Of a DNA stretch of 24,000 nt, positions 16,956-24,000 are shown one piece after another. The notes under the pieces are model-generated. The model saw nothing but the letters and a program-made list of their open reading frames with translations, was not told the DNA's origin and did not search any database. Origin of the DNA: Pinisolibacter aquiterrae (lineage in GTDB: Bacteria; Pseudomonadota; Alphaproteobacteria; Rhizobiales; Ancalomicrobiaceae). The DNA lies in assembly GCF_019160155.1 (NCBI RefSeq), contig NZ_JAFNIH010000061.1, forward strand, positions 186,063-210,062. The letters are read 5' to 3'. Each line of letters starts with the position of its first letter. Position 1 is the stretch's first letter. The position numbers and the translations under genes are program-made.

Positions 16956-17750
16956 ATGAAACGGACCCCAGCCCTCGCGCCCGCCAGATTTGCCCTGACG
17001 ATGGCGGTGGCGATCGGCCTCGGCGTCTCCCTCGCCGGCTGCGCCCAACCGCGCTCGGGCGATCCCGAGACGACCGGCTCGATCCGTCTGGCGCCGGAGA
17101 CCGGCCCGATCGGTACCGCCGCCGAGTGGACCGACCGCTACAAGGCCGCGCCGGACGATCCCAACACCGCCCTCTCCTTCGCCCGCGCTCTGCGCGCCGA
17201 AGGCCGCGCCGCGCAGGCGGTCGACGTGCTGCAGAAGACGATGGTCCAGCGCCCGAACGACCCGGTGATCGCCTCCGCCTATGGCAAGGCGCTGGCCGAG
17301 AAGGGCGATTTCGACGCGGCGCTGCGCGTCATTCGCGCCGCCAATTCGCCGCGCACGCCCGATTGGCGCCTGACCTCGGCGGAAGGCGCCATCCTCGATC
17401 AGATGGGCCAGCCGCAGGCGGCGCGCGCCCTCTACGAGCAGGCCCTCAAACTGGCGCCGGAGGAGCCGACCGTCCTCAACAACTACGGCCTCTCCTTCAC
17501 CCTCACCAACGAATTGCCGCAGGCCGAACGGATCCTGCGCCGTGCCGCCCAGGCGCCGACCGCCGACGGCCGCGTGCGCCAGAACCTCGCCCTCGTGGTC
17601 GGGCTCCAGGGCCGTTTCGAGGAAGCCCGTGAGATCGCCACCCGCGCTCTGCCGAAGGAGCAGGCCGACGCCAACGTCGCCTATCTCAGGGCGATGCTGA
17701 GCCAACCCAACACCTGGAAGCAGCTCGAGAAGAGCGCCAAGACCGGCTGA
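16956..17750 (+). CDS. TPR-repeat lipoprotein, TadD-like (candidate Tad secretin-assembly/pilotin factor)
   Basis: 264 aa. Signal peptide with lipobox LAGC (MKRTPALAPARFALTMAVAIGLGVSLAGC). Repeated 34-aa TPR-like units (A..Y..AL...P......NYG pattern). Located next to the tadC end of the pilus locus. The functional link to Tad is inferred from context. Confidence 0.7.
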   Translation: MKRTPALAPARFALTMAVAIGLGVSLAGCAQPRSGDPETTGSIRLAPETGPIGTAAEWTDRYKAAPDDPNTALSFARALRAEGRAAQAVDVLQKTMVQRPNDPVIASAYGKALAEKGDFDAALRVIRAANSPRTPDWRLTSAEGAILDQMGQPQAARALYEQALKLAPEEPTVLNNYGLSFTLTNELPQAERILRRAAQAPTADGRVRQNLALVVGLQGRFEEAREIATRALPKEQADANVAYLRAMLSQPNTWKQLEKSAKTG

Positions 17751-17773
17751 ACCGCAGCGCGTCGCCGAACGAG

Positions 17774-17797
17774 AAAAGGGGCCCGACGGCCCCTTTT
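17774..17797. terminator. Bidirectional rho-independent terminator shared by the convergent TPR and CMD genes
   Basis: Perfect 10-bp stem aaaaggggcc / ggcccctttt with loop cgac. The A-run and T-run flanks give a U-tract in both orientations. It lies 24 nt after the TPR stop and 40 nt after the CMD stop. Confidence 0.8.
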
Positions 17798-17836
17798 CGC
17801 ATGTCGAGGCCGGCGCGATCCCGCGCCGACGAGGGC

Positions 17837-18193
17837 TCATTCCGCGGGCTTCGCCGGGTCGAACTGATCGAAGGCCTCCACCGCCTGGGCGGCATACATG
17901 TAGGCCGGGCCGGCCCCCATGTAGATCGCGGTCGCCATGGTCTCGATGATCTCGTCGCGGGTCGCGCCCGCCGCCCGCGCCGCCTTGGCGTGGAAGGCGA
18001 TGCACGGATCGCAACGCACCGTCACCGAGATCGCCATGGCGATCAGTTCCTTGGTCTTGGTGTCGAGCACGCCCGCCTTGAGCGCGCCGGAGGCGAGCTG
18101 CGAGAAGCCCTTCATGGCGTCGGGGGCGCCGGTGCGGACCTCCTTCAGGAGGACCGTCATCTCCGCGGCGATGTTCGGCCAATTCTTGTACAT
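17837..18193 (-). CDS. Carboxymuconolactone decarboxylase (AhpD-like) family protein
   Basis: 118 aa. CMD-domain core ELIAMAISVTVRCDPCIAFHAKAA with a CxxC-type pair (CDPC). SD ggagg lies 6 nt upstream of the ATG at 18193. Confidence 0.8.
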   Translation of the reverse strand: MYKNWPNIAAEMTVLLKEVRTGAPDAMKGFSQLASGALKAGVLDTKTKELIAMAISVTVRCDPCIAFHAKAARAAGATRDEIIETMATAIYMGAGPAYMYAAQAVEAFDQFDPAKPAE

Positions 18194-18279
18194 GTGCTGC
18201 CTCCGAATGGGTTCGCTTGTGTCGGGCGCCGAAAACCCCGCGCCCTCGGATCCGAGGGTCGGTGGTACCCGGCTCGGAG

Positions 18280-18299
18280 ATATCAGTCAATTCTGATAT
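18280..18299. promoter_or_regulatory. Operator-like inverted repeat in an AT-rich island upstream of the CMD gene
   Basis: atatcag-tcaatt-ctgatat is a perfect 7-bp inverted repeat with a 6-bp spacer. On the minus strand the spacer and arm read TTGACT (-35-like), with TACCAC 17 nt downstream. It lies 87-106 nt upstream of the CMD start. Confidence 0.3.
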
Positions 18300-18331
18300 A
18301 TTACGGATCGCCGGCGTCGCGCGGCGCGAGG

Positions 18332-19303
18332 TCAGCGCCAGGCGAAGAGCTGGATCATCGCCGGCCCGATGATGACCACGAAGAGCACCGGCAGGAAGAA
18401 CAGGATCATCGGCACGGTGAGCTTGGGCGGCAGGGCGGCGGCCTTCTTCTCGGCCTCCTGGAGGCGGGTGCCGCGGCTCTCGGCGGAGAGGACGCGCAAC
18501 GCCTGTCCGAGCGGGGTGCCGTATTTCTCCGCCTGGATCAGCGCGGTGGTGACGCCGCGCACCGGCTCGAGCCCGGTCCGAGCGGCGAGATTGTCGTAGG
18601 CCTTGCGCCGTTCCTGGAGATAGGAGAGCTCGGCCGCGGTCAGCGACATCTCCTCGGCGAGAGGCAGCGACGTCGAGCCGATCTCCTCGGAGACGCGGCG
18701 GAAGGCCGGCTCGATCGACATGCCGGATTCGATGCAGATCAGCAGCAGGTCGAGCGCGTCGGGCCAGGCGCGGCGGATCGACTGCTGGCGCTTGGTGATG
18801 GCGTTCGAAATGTAGAGATTGGGCAGATAGAGGCCGAGCGCGGCGGCGCCGAGCGCGTAGATGAACTTCATGTTGGCGGGCTGGTCGATCTTGGCGAGCA
18901 GGAACAACCACAGCAGGGCCAGCGCGAAACAGGCGAAGGGCAGCACGAAACGCGCGAACAGGAAGACCGTGAGCGGGGCCTGACCTCGGAAGCCGGCCTG
19001 ACGCAGCTTGTCGGCGGTCTTCTCGTCGGAGAGAGCCTGGCGCAGCTGGAGCTTCTCCACCAGGTTCTTCATGTAGGCCTTGGGCTCGGCGCGCAGCGAC
19101 TTGCCGCGGTCGTTGGCCAGACGCGCGCGCTCGCGGGCGCGGATCTTCTCGCGCTCGCCGGCGACCGCCTTCATACGCGAGGTCATCTCGTTGCGCTCGA
19201 GCAACGGCAGGCCGACCGAGATCACGGTCAGGCCGACGCCGACCGCCACCGCGCCGGCGAGCAGGACCTGAGGGTCGACGAGCGTGTCGATCAGCGATGC
19301 CAT
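18332..19303 (-). CDS. tadC: Flp pilus assembly protein TadC (type II secretion system F family)
   Basis: 323 aa. Polytopic membrane protein with a T2SSF-like cytoplasmic segment (LPDALDLLLICIESGMSIEPAF). It is the second of two paralogous F-family genes after cpaF. Confidence 0.85.
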   Translation of the reverse strand: MASLIDTLVDPQVLLAGAVAVGVGLTVISVGLPLLERNEMTSRMKAVAGEREKIRARERARLANDRGKSLRAEPKAYMKNLVEKLQLRQALSDEKTADKLRQAGFRGQAPLTVFLFARFVLPFACFALALLWLFLLAKIDQPANMKFIYALGAAALGLYLPNLYISNAITKRQQSIRRAWPDALDLLLICIESGMSIEPAFRRVSEEIGSTSLPLAEEMSLTAAELSYLQERRKAYDNLAARTGLEPVRGVTTALIQAEKYGTPLGQALRVLSAESRGTRLQEAEKKAAALPPKLTVPMILFFLPVLFVVIIGPAMIQLFAWR

Positions 19304-19313
19304 CGTCTCCCCC

Positions 19314-20318
19314 TCAGAAGTCGAAATTGATCATCTGGCGCATGACCAGAATGCCGAGCAACATGTAGAGACCACCGCCGACGAGGATCAGGTTTCCGGA
19401 CGTCGTGACGAAGAGAATCTTGATGTAGTTCGGGCTGGTCAGATAGACGAGGCCGCCCACCACGAAGGGCAGCGAGCCGATGATGGCGGCGGAGGCCTTG
19501 GCTTCCATCGACATCGCCTGGATCTTCTCGCGCATCTTGCGCCGCTCGCGCAGCACGTTGGCGAGATTGCCGAGCGCCTCGGAGAGATTGCCGCCGGCCT
19601 TCTGCTGAATGGCGATGACGATGCCGAAGAAGTTGGCCTCCTGCAGCGGCATGCGCTCGTAGAGCTTGAGGCAGGCCTCGCCGACCGGCATGCCCATCTG
19701 CTGGGCTTCCATGATGGTGCGGAACTCGGAACGGACCGGCTCCTTGGTCTCGGTCGAGATCATGCGCAGGCAGTCGCCGAGCGGCAGGCCGGAGCGAATG
19801 CCGCGCACGATCAGATCGATCGCGGTCGGCAGTTCGGCGATGAAGGCCTTCTGGCGGCGCTTGCGCAGGTAGTTGACGAACCACGAGGGCATGCCGAGAG
19901 CGCCGATCACCGCCGCGCCGAGACCGACCACCGGCTGACCCGACAGGATCAGGCCGAGGAAGCCGACGCCGAGGCCGAGGCCGACGGAGAAGAGATAATA
20001 GGTGCGCCGGCTCCAGCCGAGCCCGGCCTGGATCAGGCGCATCGCCAGGGTCGGGCGGGCGTTGCGGTCGTTCTTGGCCTTCTGACGCTCCTCGAATTCC
20101 TTGAGGGCGGCCTGGACCGAACGCTTGGTCTTGTTGAGCGAGGCGGCGGCGGTCTCCGCCGACTTCGTCGTGGGCGAGGACTCGAGGAGCCGCTCCAGAC
20201 GCTTGGCGGCGACGCCCTCGTCGGAGACCTTGTCGTAGAGCAGCGTGTAGGCGATGCCGCCGGCGCTGAGCGCCACCAGAGCGATGATCGCGATCGTCAC
20301 CACGTTCAGATCGAACAC
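19314..20318 (-). CDS. tadB: Flp pilus assembly protein TadB (type II secretion system F family)
   Basis: 334 aa. T2SSF-like segment (LPTAIDLIVRGIRSGLPLGDCL) and flanking TM helices. GTG start (cac at 20316-20318 on the + strand) with SD gaggag 7 nt upstream. Immediately downstream of cpaF. Confidence 0.85.
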   Translation of the reverse strand: MFDLNVVTIAIIALVALSAGGIAYTLLYDKVSDEGVAAKRLERLLESSPTTKSAETAAASLNKTKRSVQAALKEFEERQKAKNDRNARPTLAMRLIQAGLGWSRRTYYLFSVGLGLGVGFLGLILSGQPVVGLGAAVIGALGMPSWFVNYLRKRRQKAFIAELPTAIDLIVRGIRSGLPLGDCLRMISTETKEPVRSEFRTIMEAQQMGMPVGEACLKLYERMPLQEANFFGIVIAIQQKAGGNLSEALGNLANVLRERRKMREKIQAMSMEAKASAAIIGSLPFVVGGLVYLTSPNYIKILFVTTSGNLILVGGGLYMLLGILVMRQMINFDF

Positions 20319-20347
20319 GAGCAGTCTCCTCGCACCGACGAGCGGCG

Positions 20348-21820
20348 TCAGCCTTCCCGGACCTCGGCCCGATCCAGGGCCTCGGCCAATCGACGTTCCT
20401 CACCGAAATAACGCGCGCGTTCCCACATCCGGGGACGGCCGATGCCGGTCGAACGGTGGCGTCCGACGATGCGGCCGAGTTCGTCCTCGCCGATCATGTC
20501 GTAGACGAAGAGGTCCTGGGTCACGACCACGTCGCCTTCCATGCCCAGCACCTCGGTGATGTGGGTGATGCGGCGCGAGCCGTCGCGCAGACGCGCCGCC
20601 TGGACGATCACGTCGACCGAGGAGACGATCATCTCGCGAATGGTGCGCGCGGGCAGGCCGTAGCCGCCCATGGTGATCATCGATTCCATGCGGCTCAGGG
20701 CTTCGCGCGGCGAGTTGGCGTGCAGCGTGCCCATCGAGCCGTCGTGGCCGGTGTTCATCGCCTGCAACAGATCGAAGGCCTCGGGTCCGCGCACCTCGCC
20801 GACGATGATCCGCTCGGGACGCATGCGCAGGCAGTTCTTGATCAGATCGCGCATGGTGATCTGGCCCTCGCCCTCGATGTTGGGCGGGCGGGTTTCCAGG
20901 CGCACGACGTGCGGCTGCTGCAACTGGAGTTCGGCGGCGTCCTCGCAGGTGATGATGCGCTCGGTCGATTCGATATAGAGCGTCAGGCAGTTGAGCAGCG
21001 TCGTCTTGCCCGAGCCGGTGCCGCCGGAGACGATGACGTTGCAGCGGCTCTTGCCGATGATCTGGAGGACCTGCGCGCCTTCCGGCGTGATCGTGCCGAA
21101 GTTCACCAGTTGATCGAGGGTCAGCTTGTCCTTCTTGAACTTACGAATGGTGAGCGCCGGACCGTCGATGGCGAGCGGCGGCGCGATCACGTTGACGCGG
21201 GAGCCGTCGGGCAGGCGCGCGTCGCAGATCGGGCTCGATTCGTCGACGCGGCGGCCGACCTGACTGACGATGCGCTGGCAGACGTTCATCAGCTGCTGAT
21301 TGTCGCGGAAGCGGACGTTGGTCAGCTGCACCTTGCCGGCGACTTCGATGTAGGTCTTCTCGGCCCCGTTGACCATGATGTCGGCGATGTCGTCGCGGGC
21401 GAGCAGCGGCTCGAGCGGACCGTAACCGAGCACGTCGTTGACGATGTCGGCGAGCAGTTCCTCCTGCTCGGCGATCGACATCACCAGATTCTTGAGATGG
21501 ATGATCTCGTTGATGACGTCGGAGATCTCCTCGCGTGCCGATTCCGGATCGAGGCGGGCGAGCTGCGACAGATCGATCGTGTCGATCAGGGCGGAGAAGA
21601 TCGACGACTTGACGTCGTAATAGTCCTCGGACCGCTGGCGCTCCTGCGGGCGGCTGGGGGGGAGCGGCGCGTTCGGATCGGCGGCCTGGGAGGCGCGGCT
21701 CGGCTGCGAACTCGCCGGCGAGGCCGAACGCGCCTGTGCGGGCGCGGCGGCGGGACGCGCGGTCGCGTCCGCCTTGCCGGCTCCCGATGTCGTTCCAGTC
21801 GAACCACGACGACCGAACAT
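20348..21820 (-). CDS. cpaF: CpaF/TadA pilus assembly ATPase (type II/IV secretion NTPase family)
   Basis: 490 aa. Walker [14 protein letters not shown], Asp box and Walker B region RIIVGEVRG, His box [12 protein letters not shown]. Low-complexity Ala/Pro/Ser N-terminal region of about 70 aa. Confidence 0.92.
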   Translation of the reverse strand: MFGRRGSTGTTSGAGKADATARPAAAPAQARSASPASSQPSRASQAADPNAPLPPSRPQERQRSEDYYDVKSSIFSALIDTIDLSQLARLDPESAREEISDVINEIIHLKNLVMSIAEQEELLADIVNDVLGYGPLEPLLARDDIADIMVNGAEKTYIEVAGKVQLTNVRFRDNQQLMNVCQRIVSQVGRRVDESSPICDARLPDGSRVNVIAPPLAIDGPALTIRKFKKDKLTLDQLVNFGTITPEGAQVLQIIGKSRCNVIVSGGTGSGKTTLLNCLTLYIESTERIITCEDAAELQLQQPHVVRLETRPPNIEGEGQITMRDLIKNCLRMRPERIIVGEVRGPEAFDLLQAMNTGHDGSMGTLHANSPREALSRMESMITMGGYGLPARTIREMIVSSVDVIVQAARLRDGSRRITHITEVLGMEGDVVVTQDLFVYDMIGEDELGRIVGRHRSTGIGRPRMWERARYFGEERRLAEALDRAEVREG

Positions 21821-21846
21821 ACCTTCACCCTATGGTTCGAGACGTT

Positions 21847-23109
21847 TCACGATGCCTTGCGCATCCTGAGCTTGGCGAGGAGCGGCCCCAGATCGAGCGC
21901 CGACTTGCGGCCCTTGCGAACCTCGCGGCGCCCGGTCGTCAACGTGGCCAGCGTGCGGAAGACCTCCGCCGAGGCGTGTTTGGCGTCCATCTCGCCGATC
22001 ATCAGGCCCTTGTTCGCCGCGTTGCCGAAGACGGCGGCGTCGAAGGGGATGATCGCCGCGATCGGCAGCTCCAGCGCCTTGGCGAATTCCTCGGGCTTGA
22101 TCTCCGGCCGCTTCGGCACACCGACCATGTTGAAGACGAGGTGGGGCGGCGCGTCGTTGGGACGGCCTGCCTTCAACGTGTCGACCAGATTCTTGGCGTT
22201 GCGGAGATTGGCGAGGTCGGGCGCGGCGACGATGACGACGTCGTCGGCCTCGCGCAATTGGCGGCGCGTCCACGAGGTCCATTGATGCGGCAGATCGAGC
22301 ACCACGATCGGCACCGTGGACCGGGCGACCTCGATGATCGTGTCGAAGTCCTGCTCCTCGTGATCGTAGGCGCGATCGAGCATCGCCGGCGCCGCCAGGA
22401 TCGACAGCTGGTCGGAACATTTGGTCAGCAGGCGATCGAGGAAGGTCTCGTCGAGACGTTCCGGCGAGTTCAGCGCCTCGACCACGCCCTGCGGCGGCTC
22501 CTGATTGAAGTCGAGCGCGGCGGTGCCCCAGGCGAGATCGAGATCGGTGATCATCACGTCGGTGCCGAAGGTCTTGCCGATCGACCAGGCGACGTTGTGG
22601 GCCACCGTCGACGAGCCGCAACCGCCCTTGGCGCCGATGAAGGCGACGGTGCGACCGAGCGGCGCCGCCGCCGGGCCGTGATAGAGTTCGCCGATCGCCC
22701 GCACCACGTCGAACATGGTGAGCGGCATCACGACATATTCGCTGACGCCGCGGCGGATCAGTTCGCGATAGAGCACGACGTCGTTGACGTGGCCGATCAC
22801 CATCACCTTGGTGCCGGGATCGCAGACGTCGGCGAGACCGTCGAGGTGGCCGAGGATCTCCTCCGCCTTGCCCTTGGATTCGACCACCACCAGATTGGGG
22901 GTCGGCGCCGAGCCGTAGAACTCCACGGCGGCGGGAAGCCCGCCCATCTGCACCTTGAGATGAGCGCGCGACATGCGCCGATCGGCCCCGGCCGCCTCGA
23001 GCAGCTCGGCGACGTCGCTCGTCTCGCAGAAGGCCTGGATCGCGATGCGGGGAACGGGGCGGAGATCGTTCGGATCGCCCGCGGCGTTTTCGTCTCTGGC
23101 GAGCGTCAT
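21847..23109 (-). CDS. cpaE: CpaE/TadZ pilus assembly protein (atypical receiver domain plus ParA/MinD-like ATPase fold)
   Basis: 420 aa. The N-terminal REC-like fold lacks the acceptor Asp (NLVVVESKG). The P-loop is GAKGGCGSST, a deviant Walker A without the GK[ST] lysine. Position between cpaD and cpaF. ATG at 23109 overlaps the cpaD stop (ATGA). Confidence 0.88.
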   Translation of the reverse strand: MTLARDENAAGDPNDLRPVPRIAIQAFCETSDVAELLEAAGADRRMSRAHLKVQMGGLPAAVEFYGSAPTPNLVVVESKGKAEEILGHLDGLADVCDPGTKVMVIGHVNDVVLYRELIRRGVSEYVVMPLTMFDVVRAIGELYHGPAAAPLGRTVAFIGAKGGCGSSTVAHNVAWSIGKTFGTDVMITDLDLAWGTAALDFNQEPPQGVVEALNSPERLDETFLDRLLTKCSDQLSILAAPAMLDRAYDHEEQDFDTIIEVARSTVPIVVLDLPHQWTSWTRRQLREADDVVIVAAPDLANLRNAKNLVDTLKAGRPNDAPPHLVFNMVGVPKRPEIKPEEFAKALELPIAAIIPFDAAVFGNAANKGLMIGEMDAKHASAEVFRTLATLTTGRREVRKGRKSALDLGPLLAKLRMRKAS

Positions 23110-23843
23110 TCGCTGCTTCCTCCACTCACCTGGCTGGCGCTCGGCGCCGGCAGCGAGAAGTTCGACTTGGTCTTCTCACCCTTGCGATAGGCCTGCAGCA
23201 CCACCGCGCGGCGGGTCGCGTCGGTCGGGCCGAGCGGCGCCGGGGCGACCAGATCGGCCGGGTTCTCGACCATCGCGGCGATGTTGGCCTGGGTGGCGCA
23301 GCCGAAGTTCCAATAATCGCGGTTGACGAAGTCGGACGTCGTCTGGCGCGGCCACTCGCCGCATTCGTGCGGCACCCGCGCGACGATGCGCGGATAGGCG
23401 ATGCGGATCGGCGCCACGTCCTCGGGGCCGACGGCCTCGTAGACGCGCCGCTCGATCGCATGGGCCGGCACGCCGCCGCGCGTCAGCGCCGCCGCGATCT
23501 CGCGCGACTGGCGGTGGGCGGCGACCTCGTTGGCCGATCCGCTCGGCACCATCATGGTGACGCCGCTGGCGCCCTGGCGGCGGGATTCGCGCCCGAAGGC
23601 CTCGACCGTCGCGGCGAGCTTGGCGGAGAGATGCGCGCCCTGGACGCCGACGGGGACGTCGAGGGTCTCGTTGCCCTCCTCCACCACGATCGGATGGCGG
23701 GTGCGATAGCCGTCGGTGTCGATCGAGCCGGTGAACTGCGGCTCGCGCGGCGCGCAGGCGCCGAGCGTCGCGCCGAGGGCGAGAGACCCCAACAGGATCG
23801 CGGCGAGGCGGGGAGAGGGAAGAAGTCGAACGATCGGGCTCAT
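23106..23843 (-). CDS. cpaD: CpaD-family pilus assembly lipoprotein
   Basis: The track ORF runs to 23888, but the ATG at 23843 gives MSPIVRLLPSPRLAAILLGSLALGATLGAC, a clean lipoprotein signal peptide with lipobox LGAC. It has an upstream gaggg and avoids a 32-nt overlap with the upstream secretin gene. Conserved Cys pair (HECGEWP, NFGCA). Confidence 0.8.
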   Translation of the reverse strand: MSPIVRLLPSPRLAAILLGSLALGATLGACAPREPQFTGSIDTDGYRTRHPIVVEEGNETLDVPVGVQGAHLSAKLAATVEAFGRESRRQGASGVTMMVPSGSANEVAAHRQSREIAAALTRGGVPAHAIERRVYEAVGPEDVAPIRIAYPRIVARVPHECGEWPRQTTSDFVNRDYWNFGCATQANIAAMVENPADLVAPAPLGPTDATRRAVVLQAYRKGEKTKSNFSLPAPSASQVSGGSSE

Positions 23844-23856
23844 GGTGTCCGGACCC

Positions 23857-24000
23857 TCAATCGAAGATGTAGCCGAACCGACCGGCATAGGTGCCGTTCG
23901 GGGACTGGCCGTTGGCGCGATAGACCCGGTTCAGGCGTCCCATGAACATCGCCGCCGCGTCGCCGCTCGGACGGAAGTTCTGGTCGGGCCGCTGCAACTT
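23857..24000 (-). CDS. cpaC: 3' end of the CpaC/RcpA-type secretin gene (partial, continues beyond the window)
   Basis: My own translation of the minus strand, in a frame ending at the stop tca at 23857-23859, gives ...KLQRPDQNFRPSGDAAAMFMGRLNRVYRANGQSPNGTYAGRFGYIFD*. From memory, CpaC secretins end in a similar aromatic/hydrophobic-acidic tail (G-Y/F-I/V-x-D/E). The position just upstream of cpaD fits the canonical cpaC-cpaD-cpaE-cpaF order. Only 47 codons are visible. Confidence 0.55.
   Translation of the reverse strand, partial: KLQRPDQNFRPSGDAAAMFMGRLNRVYRANGQSPNGTYAGRFGYIFD

Noticed and set aside
21610-21820. Ala/Pro/Ser-rich low-complexity N-terminus of about 70 aa on CpaF, as a possible fused extra domain or mis-start
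   Set aside because: Disordered N-terminal extensions are common in alphaproteobacterial CpaF proteins. The ATG at 21820 has an upstream gaagg SD and leaves a tidy 26-nt gap to the cpaE stop. No independent ORF is supported.
21847-23109. CpaE with a receiver domain lacking the phospho-acceptor Asp and a Walker A lacking the P-loop lysine (GAKGGCGSST), as a possible degenerate or novel protein
   Set aside because: To my knowledge an atypical receiver domain and an atypical Walker-like A box are hallmarks of the TadZ/CpaE family. They are expected, not novel.
1-24000. Search for a novel multi-gene system (defence island, CRISPR array, toxin-antitoxin, prophage or transposon, tRNA/rRNA genes)
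   Set aside because: Coding density is very high. The only non-coding gaps over 100 bp are 2565-2887, 5707-5961, 16782-16955 and 18194-18331. Every gene-sized ORF with non-degenerate composition matches a familiar family. I found no direct-repeat/spacer arrays, integrase or transposase motifs, tRNA-like sequences or compositional breaks.

Overview
High-GC (about 70%) alphaproteobacterial-type chromosomal segment, almost fully coding, with no sign of mobile DNA. Contents in order: (1) a membrane PAS sensor histidine kinase plus FixJ/NarL-type response regulator (13-2564, +). (2) A roughly 118-bp composite palindromic intergenic element. (3) On the minus strand, glucokinase followed by an ATPase and permease pair of the NitT/TauT ABC family, with no binding-protein gene nearby. 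(4) A tightly packed nine-gene plus-strand operon (5962-15301) for nucleoside uptake and catabolism: BMP-family binding protein, duplicated ATPase, two permeases, then cdd, purine nucleoside phosphorylase, deoC, deoA and deoB. (5) A convergent M17 leucyl-aminopeptidase-family gene. (6) The distal part of a Tad/Cpa (Flp) pilus locus on the minus strand (cpaC 3' end, cpaD, cpaE, cpaF, tadB, tadC), followed by a small AhpD/CMD-family gene and a convergent TPR lipoprotein (TadD-like). These last two share a perfect bidirectional terminator. I found no CRISPR array, tRNA or rRNA, transposase or integrase, and no defence-like or unassignable multi-gene cluster. Every long ORF outside the called genes looks like a high-GC shadow ORF. 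My honest assessment is that this is ordinary core-genome sequence. The items worth a second look are small non-coding structures (tandem hairpins with a compensatory change, a composite palindrome, an AT-rich operator-like island, CtrA-like half sites) and a few gene-context oddities. None can be shown to be novel from the sequence alone.
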